A stretch of 39,253 nt of DNA from Macrostomum lignano (lineage: Eukaryota). This document shows, piece after piece, positions 10,401-20,685 of this stretch. A program made the translations under genes and the position numbers. The first letter of the stretch is position 1, and the number at the start of each line of letters is the position of its first letter. The stretch is from the NCBI GenBank assembly GCA_002269645.1, contig NIVC01004653.1:1-39253 (forward strand), given 5' to 3'. The notes below the pieces were generated by a model. It saw nothing but the letters and a program-made list of their open reading frames with translations, was not told the origin of the DNA and searched no databases.

Positions 10401-13400
10401 TAACAAGTTGTCTGAATACCCCATCAAACCTTCAGTAACAAGTTGTCTGAATACCCCATCAAACCGTCAGTAACAAGTTGTCTGAATACCCCATCAAACC
10501 TTCAGTAACAAGTTGTCTGAATACCCCATCAAACCTTCAGTAACAAGTTGTCTGAATACCCCACCAAACCTTCAGTAAGGGTAGCCTGAATACCCCATCA
10601 AACCTTCAGTAACAAGTTGTCTGAATAACCCATCAAACCTTCAGTAAGGGTAGCCTGAATACCCCATCAAACCTTCAGTAACAAGTTGTCTGAATACCCC
10701 ATCAAACCGTCAGTAACAAGTTGTCTGAATACCCCATCAAACCTTCAGTAACAAGTTGTCTGAATACCCCACCAAACCTTCAGTAAGGGTAGCCTGAATA
10801 CCCCATCAAACCTTCAGCAAACTACAATTCTTTATTGAATTGTCAAATTTTAATAAGAGTACGGAACCTGGCAACTAGGATTGCATTGAGCAAGGTCAAA
10901 ATACAGGCCCTAGCAATGGTTTTTCTTACCTATCCCAGGAGCTTTCACTTCATAGTAAAAGGCATCTGACAGTCCAATTTTCAGCATAGACGAGGCTGAC
11001 CTCAAGGCTTCCATGGTGATTGGGATCTGAATTAGTCAGTAGGAATCGATTACTATTATTAATCAATTTTAAGGCTAAACAAACCAGCACAACTATCAAG
11101 TCCGATGGCTCACCTTAATGTAGTCGAAGACGATAGATCCGTTTGAGAATATGGCGCATTGAAAGGAAAAGGTGCCCACTGTAACAGAGTTCAGAATTTT
11201 GCGCTAGGTGAGTATTATATAAATAGATTTAAGTACAATGTTTAAATGGATTCTGTGGTCTAATTTGACAAACTATACACAGAAAGTATCTTGTAAAGCG
11301 TGAACAGACAAGATTGAAGGAGTGTCAGTGACCTGAAGTGAGAACAGACAAGATTGAAGAGTGTCAGTGACCTGAAGTGAGAACAGACAAGATTGAAGAG
11401 TGTCAGTGACCTGAAGTGAGAACAGACAAGATTGAGTGTCAGTAACCTGAAGTGAGAACAGACAAGATTCAGTGTCAGTGACCTGAAGTGAGAACAGACA
11501 AGATTGAGTGTCAGTGACCTGAAGTGAGAAAAGACAAGATTGAAGGAGTGTCAGTGACCTGAAGTGAGAACAGACAAGATTGAAGAGTGTCAGTGACCTG
11601 AAGTGAGAACAGACAAGATTGGGCGTCAGTGACCTGAAGTGAGAACAGACAAGATTGGGCGTCAGTGACCTGAAGTGAGAACAGACAAGATTGGGTGTCT
11701 ATATGCAAAGCACAAGATCAAGAGACCATTTCAGCCCCTCATTACAACAGCAGTCAGAGAGAACTTACAAGAATAGTTTGAGCTCACAAACAGATTCTCC
11801 CAGCGCACCCAGAAGGCGTCCTCAGCTTCGACATACTTGATAGCGGACACCGACTTCCTGGTCTCGAAGTCGGCCATCATTGGCGCAATGTATTGCGAGA
11901 AAGTCAAGTAAGGATGCGTCAGATCGTTTACGTAGATGAACCCTGCGTGTTGGGGATTGGGCGTGCAACTTTTGATTATTTTTGTTTGATTTATTTCTAT
12001 TTTCAGACAAAAAAGCGCACAAAGCTTGATTAAATAATAATAATAGCTGATTACACCTGCCCTGACGGCCAGATGAGCAACCGACAGCTCAGCCGCAGCT
12101 ATTGCGCGGCGCATCTGAAGGCTGCGTACGGCTGTTCAGTCCAAGGACTGGGGGGTCGCCACACACACCCTCAATTACCCCAGCTAATGCTGGCACCCAT
12201 TTTACAGCTGGGTGAACTGAAGCAATGCAGATCGTTAAGTGTTTTGCTCAAGGACACAAACTGTTCCGAGTGGGATCGGGAATCGAACCCCCGACCTTCA
12301 AGTCGTGAGTCCGACGCTCACATTAAACAGGGCTGATTAAACAGGTATCAGCAGGTTGATAGATTAAATAAATAAATAGCACAGCCCAGCGACTCAGTGG
12401 CAATAAAATCAGGCACTAACAATGCGAGGACTACACATACGTATCCGACTGTATATCTATCGCATGAATTATTGCTCAACCCTGAGCTAAAACCAATTGG
12501 AAAGAGTCGGAATGTCAGGACAGGTGGGTGCACTGTTCAGAAAAAAACATTTATGGCAAAACCTGGGACCGCGAAGGGGAGGAAGAGCTGTTACAACAGA
12601 ATGGGGAGCTGCGTACTCCACGCATGTATTCCCAAGCCAGCCAGCCATGCGCAGAGCTGCATCAGTGCAGCTCCCAACAAGCGAGACAATAGTACAGCCT
12701 TTTCCTTACAGAGGCTGCTACGTTTTTAAGTCCTACGGGGAAAAGCAAACACAATGCGTTGTCATGGCAACCAGTGCCACGCCAGCCTCACCGCTAGTGG
12801 TAAGCACAATCGACTTGACTGAATGGCCGTAGAAGTCGAACGAAAAAACCAGTGGAATTGTCTGAAATACGAGTATTAGCGGCGGGTTTATAGGGTGGCC
12901 GGGTCACTCGGTGCATAGTAGAACCTATTTACCGCACAACTGATTTCCCAACGCAAGACAAAGCTCGAGGTCGAAAAGACCCAAGACTTACCAATGCCAG
13001 ATTTTTTCCATTGTTCAATTTAATATTGGAGCGAATCGAATAAGCTGAGAAGATTCGATCAAACTCGCTGGAATAGTACGTGCTCATGGGGTGACTCTTT
13101 GCTATAATCATATTGTAGTACACATGGTTATCCTGCAATTGTGTTTTTAGGATAATCTGTTGTACGACTTGCATTCGTGATAATAGCTCGTATAGTAGTC
13201 ATAACTATTTAAACTTAACTTTGCCGTCACGCTGTCCATGCATGCTAAAGTGTGTCTGTCGCCCCAAGGTCATTTAATTCTAGCTAACTTTTCAGTCACG
13301 CTGTCCATGCGTGCTAAAGTGAGGCTGCAGCCTTCAAGGTCATTTAATTCTAGCTAACTTTTCAGTCACGCTGTCCATGCGTGCTAAAGTGAGGCTGCAG

Positions 13401-15612
13401 CCTTCAAGATCATTTAATTCTAGCTAACTTTGTAGTCACGCTGTCCATGCGTGCTAAAGTGAGGCTGCAGCCTTCAAGATCATTTAATTCTAGCTAACTT
13501 TTCAGTCACGCTGTCCATGCGTGCTAAAGTGAGGCTGCAGCCTTCAAGGTCATTTAATTCTAGCTAACTTTTCAGTCACGCTGTCCATGCGTGCTAAAGT
13601 GAGGCTGCAGCCTTCAAGGTCATTTAATTCTAGCTAACTTTTCAGTCACGCTGTCCATGCGTGCTAAAGTGAGGCTGCAGCCTTCAAGGTCATTTAATTC
13701 TAGCTAACTTTTCAGTCACGCTGTCCATGCGTGCTAAAGTGAGGCTGCAGCCTTCAAGGTCATTTAATTCTAGCTAACTTTTCAGTCACGCTGTCCATGC
13801 GTGCTAAAGTGAGGCTGCAGCCTTCAAGATCATTTAATTCTAGCTAACTTTGTAGTCACGCTGTCCATGCGTGCTAAAGTGAGGCTGCAGCCTTCAAAGT
13901 CATTTAATTCTAGTTAACTTTTCAGTCACGCTGTCCATGCGTGCTAAAGTGAGGCTGCAGCCTTCAAGATCATTTAATTCTAGCTAATTTTGTAGTCACG
14001 CTGTCCATGCATGCTAAAGTGTGTCTGTCGCCCAAGGTCATTTAATTCTAGTTAACTTTTCAGTCACGCTGTCCATTCGTGCTAAAGTGAGGCTGCAGCC
14101 TTCAAGATCATTTAATTCTAGCTAACTTTGTAGTCACGCTGTCCATGTATGTTAAACTGTGACTGTAGCCCCAATGTCATTTAATTCTAGTTACCTTTTC
14201 AGTCACGCTGTCCATGCACGCTACATTGCGACTGTAGCCCCAAGGTCATTTAATTTCTAGTTAACTTTTCAGTAACGCTGTCCATGCACGCTACATTGCG
14301 ACTGTAGCCCCAAGGTCATTTAATTCTATTTAACTCTAGTTCATGCATATTCGGGGTAGCGCCCTCCAAGGTTATTTAACAGTAGTTTGTTTGGCTATTG
14401 CAAACACAGTCGAGCTGCATGTTTTGGACTTTTGATGGCATGACTGTTAAAAAAATTTTATGGCTTAATTACGAGCATCGGTTGCTTGGAACAACTACAA
14501 ATGACAATAATAGATAGCAAAGTTACCTCGGACAAGTCGGGCTCCCCGGAGTCGGATGTGTCTCGTCGAACAATACCATGCTCAAGGGTTGGTCGGTCCA
14601 ACAGGCGGATAGTCGAAGTTACCGGCTTGTTAGCTGACTCGAATTCGAACACTTCGCCTTCTTGAGTTTTACGTGGAATAGGCGGAATAGAGAGTGAAAG
14701 CGTGTAGATGCAAAACTGATGCTAGAAATCCGTTAAATGAAGTTAGCCTTCCAACTAATGAGATCTCCACTCATTGAATTATTAGTTTCCATCTCTGACT
14801 TTGAACTCCCCACCTTCCAACTTTGAGTTAAGCACTTCAGACTTCAAGTTCTCTAATTCAGAATATGTGGAGGAATTCCATATCTCTAAATTTCAGCTTC
14901 CACTGCTAAAATTGAAGTCTTTGTGACTCCCATAGATATTTTGAACTTCTCTAAAACTAAGGATAATGACAGGAGTTTCTAAATTAAATACTCAGGTAAC
15001 AATTATTATATGCTAAATATTTTAAAATTCCTATAATCTTGAATTAAAAAATAAAAGTTCAAATCTAAAATTATTAAAGATATAAGCAGATAAGTGAAAT
15101 TTTACATGCATTTGTTTTTCATCAAAATATTAAAAGAAGAGAGAAATTCTGTTTATATTTGTTGTGGTATTTGTATTTAAAACACTGGATTTAAAGTTTG
15201 TGGTATGCTTAAAATAAAAAAAAAATTTCTAAGATAAAAGCATTTTTAGGCTTATTTTGTGTTAATGTTTATGTTTAACAAGTCTAAAAGCAGAATTCAC
15301 TCTGAGACAAAAGCAACTTCTTCTTAATAGAAACTGATTCCTTTTAAAAAATGAGTACAAAAATCAGTGTACTGTAAGTTTTGTTATGAATTAGAGCATT
15401 TGGAATACTATAGGCGCGATGCATCATGCCTAAAAATAGCTAAATCGAACTGATCAGATAAGGTCAAGGAGGCTGAGAGATTTTAAAATTAAATTTGGAC
15501 GCTTACCATCTTTAATAACTTGAGTGGGGTTAATCTCAGACAGCCCAACTGCAGAATGTAAAAGGACAAGGACAAAAGTCCCTATTGTCCATAAAATTGT
15601 ACTTATTGTCAT
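4071..15612 (-). CDS. PLXDC: Plexin domain-containing protein (PLXDC1/2, TEM7-like), 11 coding exons, 1503 nt = 500 aa + stop
   Basis: Exons join in phase with GT-AG sites: 15612-15507, 14633-14527, 13132-12992, 12861-12792, 11942-11769, 11178-11114, 11026-10930, 9390-9295, 8253-8105, 6747-6598, 4418-4071. Domain order is signal peptide, NIDO-like region ([37 protein letters not shown]), PSI domain, Thr-rich stalk, TM helix and the HPxS...IEHRPSRY tail, as in vertebrate PLXDC2 as recalled. Confidence 0.92.
4430..6293. repeat. Compound minisatellite in PLXDC intron 10: 21-bp GTGATGAATTGATTTGTGTCA (with a 50-bp higher-order unit) grading into TGTGTCAG(C/T)(GATA)n units
   Basis: Directly visible; the switch between unit types occurs near 4940-4960. 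Confidence 0.95.
6598..6747 (-). CDS. PLXDC: PLXDC coding exon 10 (Thr-rich stalk)
   Basis: TCTCAG|[50 protein letters not shown]|GTACGG; 150 nt, phase 0-0. Confidence 0.85.
6930..7986. repeat. 14-bp minisatellite GGGAAGTGAGATA(C/T) in PLXDC intron 9
   Basis: About 75 copies; source of the SHFPYLT-type ORFs. Confidence 0.95.
8105..8253 (-). CDS. PLXDC: PLXDC coding exon 9 (PSI domain)
   Basis: TCCCAG|(T)[49 protein letters not shown]|GTGAGT; PSI cysteine pattern matching FNCSWC..LQRCSSGFDRHRQDW..SGC. Confidence 0.96.
8340..9185. repeat. 23-bp minisatellite AATGTGATCTTAATGTCAGTCTG in PLXDC intron 8
   Basis: About 36 copies with variants (CACCCC, TAGTCTG, CAGTCCCT). Confidence 0.95.
9295..9390 (-). 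CDS. PLXDC: PLXDC coding exon 8
   Basis: CCTCAG|(G)[31 protein letters not shown]|GTAAGT; equivalent to RRTIYEYHRV...LPT. Confidence 0.92.
9768..10818. repeat. 34/35-bp minisatellite AAACCTTCAGTAACAAGTTGTCTGAATACCCCATC in PLXDC intron 7
   Basis: About 30 head-to-tail copies in two main variants; no spacers. Confidence 0.95.
10930..11026 (-). CDS. PLXDC: PLXDC coding exon 7
   Basis: ATTCAG|[32 protein letters not shown]|GTAAGA; equivalent to IP...VKVGLSDAF. Confidence 0.93.
11114..11178 (-). CDS. PLXDC: PLXDC coding exon 6
   Basis: TTACAG|(L)[21 protein letters not shown]|GTGAGC; equivalent to LGSFTFQATL..DGRIIFGYK. Confidence 0.93.
11305..11698. repeat. ~36-40 bp minisatellite GAACAGACAAGATTGAAGAGTGTCAGTGACCTGAAGTGA in PLXDC intron 5
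   Basis: About 10 copies. Confidence 0.93.
11769..11942 (-). CDS. PLXDC: PLXDC coding exon 5
   Basis: ACGCAG|(G)[57 protein letters not shown]|GTAAGT; equivalent to GFIY...TQYIAPLMANF...VQW. Confidence 0.95.
12035..12333 (-). mobile_element. tRNA-derived SINE with CORE (MIR-like) domain, in PLXDC intron 4
   Basis: On the minus strand: a tRNA-like head with B-box GGTTCGATTCC (12279-12289) and a degenerate A-box; then TGTGTCCTTGAGCAAAACACTTAACGATCTGCATTGCTTCAGTTCACCCAGCTGTAAAATGGG (12196-12258), resembling the MIR core as recalled; a (TAT)n tail at ~12033-12044; flanking direct repeat TGATTAAA at 12027-12034 and 12334-12341. Confidence 0.8.
12758..12771. promoter_or_regulatory. RFX X-box-like motif GTTGTCATGGCAAC
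   Basis: One mismatch from the palindrome GTTGCCATGGCAAC; intronic, ~20 nt from the PLXDC exon 4 donor. Confidence 0.35.
12792..12861 (-). CDS. PLXDC: PLXDC coding exon 4
   Basis: TTTCAG|[23 protein letters not shown]|GTGAGG; equivalent to LSFDFPFYGH. Confidence 0.92.
12992..13132 (-). CDS. PLXDC: PLXDC coding exon 3
   Basis: TTGCAG|[12 protein letters not shown]...GKNLAL|GTAAGT; equivalent to PLXDC2 DTDHNYY. Confidence 0.88.
13225..14335. repeat. 70-bp tandem repeat (CATTTAATTCTAGCTAACTTTTCAGTCACGCTGTCCATGCGTGCTAAAGTGAGGCTGCAGCCTTCAAGGT) in PLXDC intron 2
   Basis: Period 70 (13271, 13341, 13411...), about 16 copies, with diverged terminal units. Confidence 0.95.
14527..14633 (-). CDS. PLXDC: PLXDC coding exon 2
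   Basis: (A)[35 protein letters not shown]; donor GAG|GTAACT. The acceptor is uncertain: phase-1 CAG at 14634-14636 is used here, and an in-phase AAG giving a start at 14660 is also possible. Confidence 0.65.
15507..15612 (-). CDS. PLXDC: PLXDC coding exon 1 (signal peptide)
   Basis: ATG at 15612; [35 protein letters not shown]; phase-1 donor G|GTAAGC. Confidence 0.75.
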
Positions 15613-17737
15613 TGATAATACATTTACCAGTAAAAATAATCAAAGAAATTGATATTTAGCACAATCCTTGTTCAAGGCTATTTTCCTTGATCGTTTTAAA
15701 GTTATTTTACTTTACTTTTAGACGTTTAAAGTTTGAGACGTTACGGCCGCTCGCTCGTTGATCATCTTAAACAATCAGTGTAAGATTTAAAACGATGCAA
15801 ATTAATGTTTCGTGGTTTTTACTTGTTTAAACAAAGCAAAATAACCAAAATAATTGGTTTTACTACCAATTTCAACAAAATACACTTTGAAAGGTAATTT
15901 TTTTTACTTTTAGCAATTATTTTAACATTAAATTACCCAGTCCTTGAAATTAACGAAAAACACTAGTTATAGCATGAAATTAACAAGGAATTAAATTATG
16001 CCCCTGGAACACTTTCCAAAAGCTTTTTACTTTTAATACTTCGTTTTTTTGTTAAAATATTTTTCCCAATTCTGTCATTATCCTGACTCCACTTACTCAG
16101 CTGGCTTTTTCAACTTCTTTCGAATTCGATTTCGGTTTCTTTCGAATTTTTTTCGCTATTGCTTTTATTTATATAACTTGTTATTGTTATTATTTCCTTC
16201 TCAAAAATTTTTTTTCTTGCTACACGTTTGCTTTTGCATATTATAATTTGAATTGAATTGAACGGCCGCTTTTCTGTTTTGTTCAGAAATTCATCATCGG
16301 GGACATTTGTCCCAATTGGTGTTATAATTCGTCGTTTTCGCTTTGAGTGAATGTATATTAAAAAATCAATTTAATTGGATCTTTTAATATCGAATATTTT
16401 TGTAGCTCTGTGCGAGCGCTTCATACGTTTTTGTTTTAATTTCTGTCACGTGATTCTCATCAAAAGATTTAATTTCCGTTGCTACAGACATAAATGAACA
16501 TTTATGCGAGGACATGTACTCCTCGTATTGGAATACCTGTGCAACAGTGTCTAAATATCATCAGAACTATATTTTAATTGACTTCCATTCCAAAAGATAA
16601 AAATCCTATCCAGTGCCTTTTACTCGCGATCTCGATGGCTAATTAATCTATCATACATGTAACTGCGTTATTACATATTTTACTGCGCTTTAATTAGAGA
16701 TTCTCAAGCGCTTTACAGTGTATACCTGAATAGTCAGCAGGCATATTTAAGGATATAAATCTTATCGCTTCATGCACCTGCCCTGAAACCCCCATCCAGC
16801 TTCACACACTGCTGATTCCCCTGAAAATCCACCTTTTCTTTCCCGATCGTCACGGCCTCATTTCGCGGGAGCACTTGAATCGAGGGCCTAGAATATGGTC
16901 CTCATATTTGCCGGGTGAAAAATGTGGGATAGAAGGAATAAATTCGTACCATATTTCTGAGCATTTCTAACTTAAGAGCCCTTCTGCAGAAACCTCGCTT
17001 TGACGAGCACACAGCGTATGCAACAGACTGGAGGTGGGGGGAGGGGCGACCCTGATGGCACCGGCTGCAGGAAATGAGGCCAGAGGGGGGAGTCGAGAAT
17101 GCCTCTGCTACAGCATTCTCCATCAGGCCAAATGTAGCCATATCCATGCAGCTCTCAGTCCCTTCTCTCCCTTCTCCCCTCTCTCTAGTTTTTCTCATTC
17201 CACGTGGGCCCCGTGGTCTGCTTTGCCAGCTGCTTTATCGCTTAAAAAAGAGATGGAGGAGAAACAGGGAAGAGAGAGAGAGCTAGGCTTGCGCGCGCGC
17301 AGTTCTCCCTGAAGACTTATCTTAGCGGCCAGCCATGCCACCTCTGTTTACAAATGGGCTCCCTCCTAAGCCGTCTCTCTCTCTCTCTCTCTCTCTCTTC
17401 TATCTTTCCGTTCCCCTCCCAGTCTCCGCCCTCAGACAGCCAGGCGGCTCTGGTCTCTGGGGGGGACCGGATGGGAATGGGAACAGCAAGCTAGCGAGGC
17501 AAGTAGGGAAAGATCCCTTTTTCATCCCCGGTCTATTCGTCTTATCTTTCGGCTGTTTCCCGTCTCGCCTGAAACCGCGCTTCTCTCCCACCCTGCTAAA
17601 CCGGGAAAGCACGCAGGCTGTTGCAAATCTTGCACAGATCTCAGACTCCTTTTTAAGTGTTAGCCCTTAATACCTTTTTTGCGCCGCTATGCGCATAGTT
17701 TTGCATTGGTACAAGCTTAATTATGGGATTTATCAGG

Positions 17738-18292
17738 TGTCATTTTTGGCGCCAATTGTGGCTTATCATCATTTTTTGGCGCCAAAGTGGCTTATTATCA
17801 TTTTTGGTGACAATGCGGCTTATCATCATTTTTGGCGCCGATGTGGCTTATCATCATTTTGGCACCAATTGAGCTTATCATCATTTTTGGCGCCGATCGA
17901 GCTTATCATCATTTTTGGCGCCAATTGAGCTTACCATCATTTTTGGCACCAATGTTGCTTATCATCATTTTTGGCGCCGATCGAGCTTATCATCATTTTT
18001 GGCGCCGATGTGGCTTATCATCATTTTGGCGCCAATTGAGCTTATCATCATTTTTGGCGCCGATGTGGCTTATCATCATTTTGGCGCCAATTGAGCTTAT
18101 CATCATTTTTGGCGCCGATGTGGCTTATCATCATTTCGGCGCCGATCGAGCTTATCATCATTTTTGGCGCCGATGTGGCTTATCATCATTTTGGCGCCAA
18201 TTGAGCTTATCATCATTTTTGGCGCCGATCGAGCTTATCATCATTTTTGGCACCGATCGAGCTCATCATCATTTTCGGCGCCGATCGAGCTC
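17738..18292. repeat. 27-28 bp minisatellite GCTTATCATCATTTTTGGCGCC + (GATCGA/AATTGA/GATGTG)
   Basis: About 20 copies. Confidence 0.93.
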
Positions 18293-18785
18293 AGCTCCAC
18301 TGCACCCAATGCCAAGAAGCCAAAAAGCCGCCTCTTGACGAGAGCGGAGTCCGGCTGGCAGAGCAGAAAAGATTTGGCAAGGAAAGGGCTGCGGCTAAAA
18401 CTGGGACTCTCTCCGGAAATCAATTTTGTAGGCGCCTTAAAAATCCGAGGGGGTGGCTTTAGAGGATGGGTGGGTGGTTTCTGACTGTGCCGACGACTTG
18501 ACTCGACACTAAGCGAAGCCATTAGTAGCATGGGGGCACTCAATCCTGCTTCCTTTCTAGCAATATGCGACTCAGAAATTGTATTGATCCCCCGACTCGC
18601 ATCTGCTCCCTGCTTTTCAACCGTGCTCAAAATTGTCACCAAAAGGAGAGCTGCTAATTTTGTAAGTCCTTGTTCCTCTCTCCGCTAAGGAATATTCCTT
18701 CTGTCACTGACTACCTGCTCAATTTCGGCTTAGACTAATATCCACTCCACTCCTCTCCGCTCAATTTGTTTCCTCTGGTCTCTTC

Positions 18786-19001
18786 TCACTCTCCCAGTGT
18801 CACTCTCCCAGTGTCACTCTCCCAGTGTCACTCTCCCAGTGTCACTCTCCCAGTGTCACTCTCCCAGTGTCACTCTCCCAGTGTCACTCTCCCAGTGTCA
18901 CTCTCCCAGTGTCACTCTTCCAGTGTCACTCTCCCAGTGTCACTCTTCCAGTGTCACTCTCCCAGTGTCACTCTCCCAGTGTCACTCTCCCAGTGTCACT
19001 C
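18786..19001. repeat. 14-bp minisatellite CACTCTCCCAGTGT
   Basis: About 15 near-perfect copies. Confidence 0.95.
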
Positions 19002-19409
19002 CCTCTCTCTTTCGTCTCACTCTGAACTGAAATAGTGTAACAGCAGTATTCAGGTGCGCAGAATGTATAGAAGTATTTTTATTGTCATTTCCGTTACACA
19101 TAACCCAGCAGTCAAATGAATTTTCTATGCCCCCCCTCCAGAAACCGGCGCCACCTGTCAGGATGACTCACCGATCCTGCAGCCCGAGGCCAGGGAGGGG
19201 GACACACGCAGGTCCCGCTCTGTCCCTTCATCCGTTTGCCAGTTCATTCAGTAGCTACAATGCAGTTATTCTTTTGCCATTTTCCTGCTGAAAGATGTAC
19301 GTCGTATGTTTCAAAAAAGCAACAGAGTCAAAAAGAGACCACAGGGCTGAATCAGAGCATGAACTCACGCTTGTACTCGCTGATGGAGCCAGTTGGGAAT
19401 TACTCCAAA

Positions 19410-19960
19410 ATATTCAGGACCTCAGTCTACAGATATTCCCAGATATTTAGGACCTCAGTCTACAGATATTCCCAGATATTAAGGACCTCAGGCCACAGAC
19501 ATTCCCAGATATTCAGGACCTCAGTCGAGAGACACTCCCAGATATTCAGGACCTCAGGCCACAGACACTCCTAGATATTCATGACGTCAGGCCACAGACA
19601 CCCAGATATTCAGGACCTCACTCCACAGGCACTCCCAGATATTCAGGACCTCAGTTGAAAGACACCTCAAATATTCAGGACCTCAGGCCACAGACACCTC
19701 AGATATTCAGGACCTCAGTTTAAAGACACCTCAGATATTCAGGACCTCAGTCTACAGACGCTCCCAGATATTCAGGACCTCAGGCCACAGACACTCCCAG
19801 ATATTCAGGACCTCACTCCATAGGCACTCCCAGATATTCAGGACCTCAGTTTAAAGACACCTCACATATAGTCAGGACCTCAGTCCACAGACACCTTAAA
19901 TATTCAGGACCTCAGGAGGCCACAGACACTCCCAGATATTCAGGGCCTCAGGCCACAGAC
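19410..19960. repeat. 32-33 bp minisatellite AGATATTCAGGACCTCAGGCCACAGACACTCCC (block 1)
   Basis: About 17 copies. Confidence 0.93.
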
Positions 19961-20519
19961 CTACAGCATCCCCGTCTAAAACCAATCACCTCCTGTCTCC
20001 AGCCAATGCCAAGGTGCAGGCTGAAGGCTTGACATTTTCGAATCCCACAGCGCAAGCTGCACTGCAATACACCAGGCTTGCTTCATTCCTTCTCTCTCCT
20101 ATCTCCATGTTCCAACCCCCCCCCCCTACCTGAATTTGGTTCGAATTTTCCTCGGGATTAAAGCTGATGGCTAAGGGGTTTACAGGAAATCAGATTATGA
20201 ACAGTTGGGCCCGGCTATTTGGGATGGGGGACGGGTTGGGGGATTATTTTTTGACATTTGATTCCCCTGCCTGATCCACCGAGCCTCGTCATGGGCGGTG
20301 ACACTGACTTCCGCTTGGGGCTTCTTGGCGAGATGGGGGTGGGGCAGCCCTCGCGAGTCAGCAAGCTGTAATAGCCGCTGTGACTCGTTGTAGGATGACG
20401 CTCGCGTCTGCAGAGCGAACTGCTAAATTATTGCGCTTACATTGAGTTGATGGGCCACTGCTCAGGGATGCACTCTGGTGTTCAGGGCCTCGATCCCACA
20501 CATTGAAAGCTGATATTCA

Positions 20520-20684
20520 CCACCTCAGTTCATAGACAACTCAGATATTCAGGACCTCAGTTCAAAGACACCACAGTTTCAGGACCTCAGTTCATAGACA
20601 CCTCAGATATTCAGGACCTCAGTTCAAAGACACCACAGATATTCAGGACCTCAGTTCAAAGACACCTCACCTCAAAGACACCTC
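20520..20684. repeat. Same 32-bp family (block 2; AGATATTCAGGACCTCAGTTCAAAGACACC)
   Basis: About 5 copies, same orientation as block 1. Confidence 0.85.
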
Positions 20685-20685
20685 T

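Noticed and set aside
9768-10818. CRISPR repeat (35 bp with dyad symmetry)
   Set aside because: Units are head-to-tail with no spacers and lie inside a spliceosomal intron.
12270-12333. Functional tRNA gene
   Set aside because: Weak anticodon stem, degenerate A-box and no acceptor-stem closure; it is the head of the SINE.
14715-14724. TAG/CAG acceptors extending PLXDC exon 2 to 14715 or 14721
   Set aside because: They are phase 0, whereas the signal-peptide exon ends in phase 1, and no bridging exon was found.
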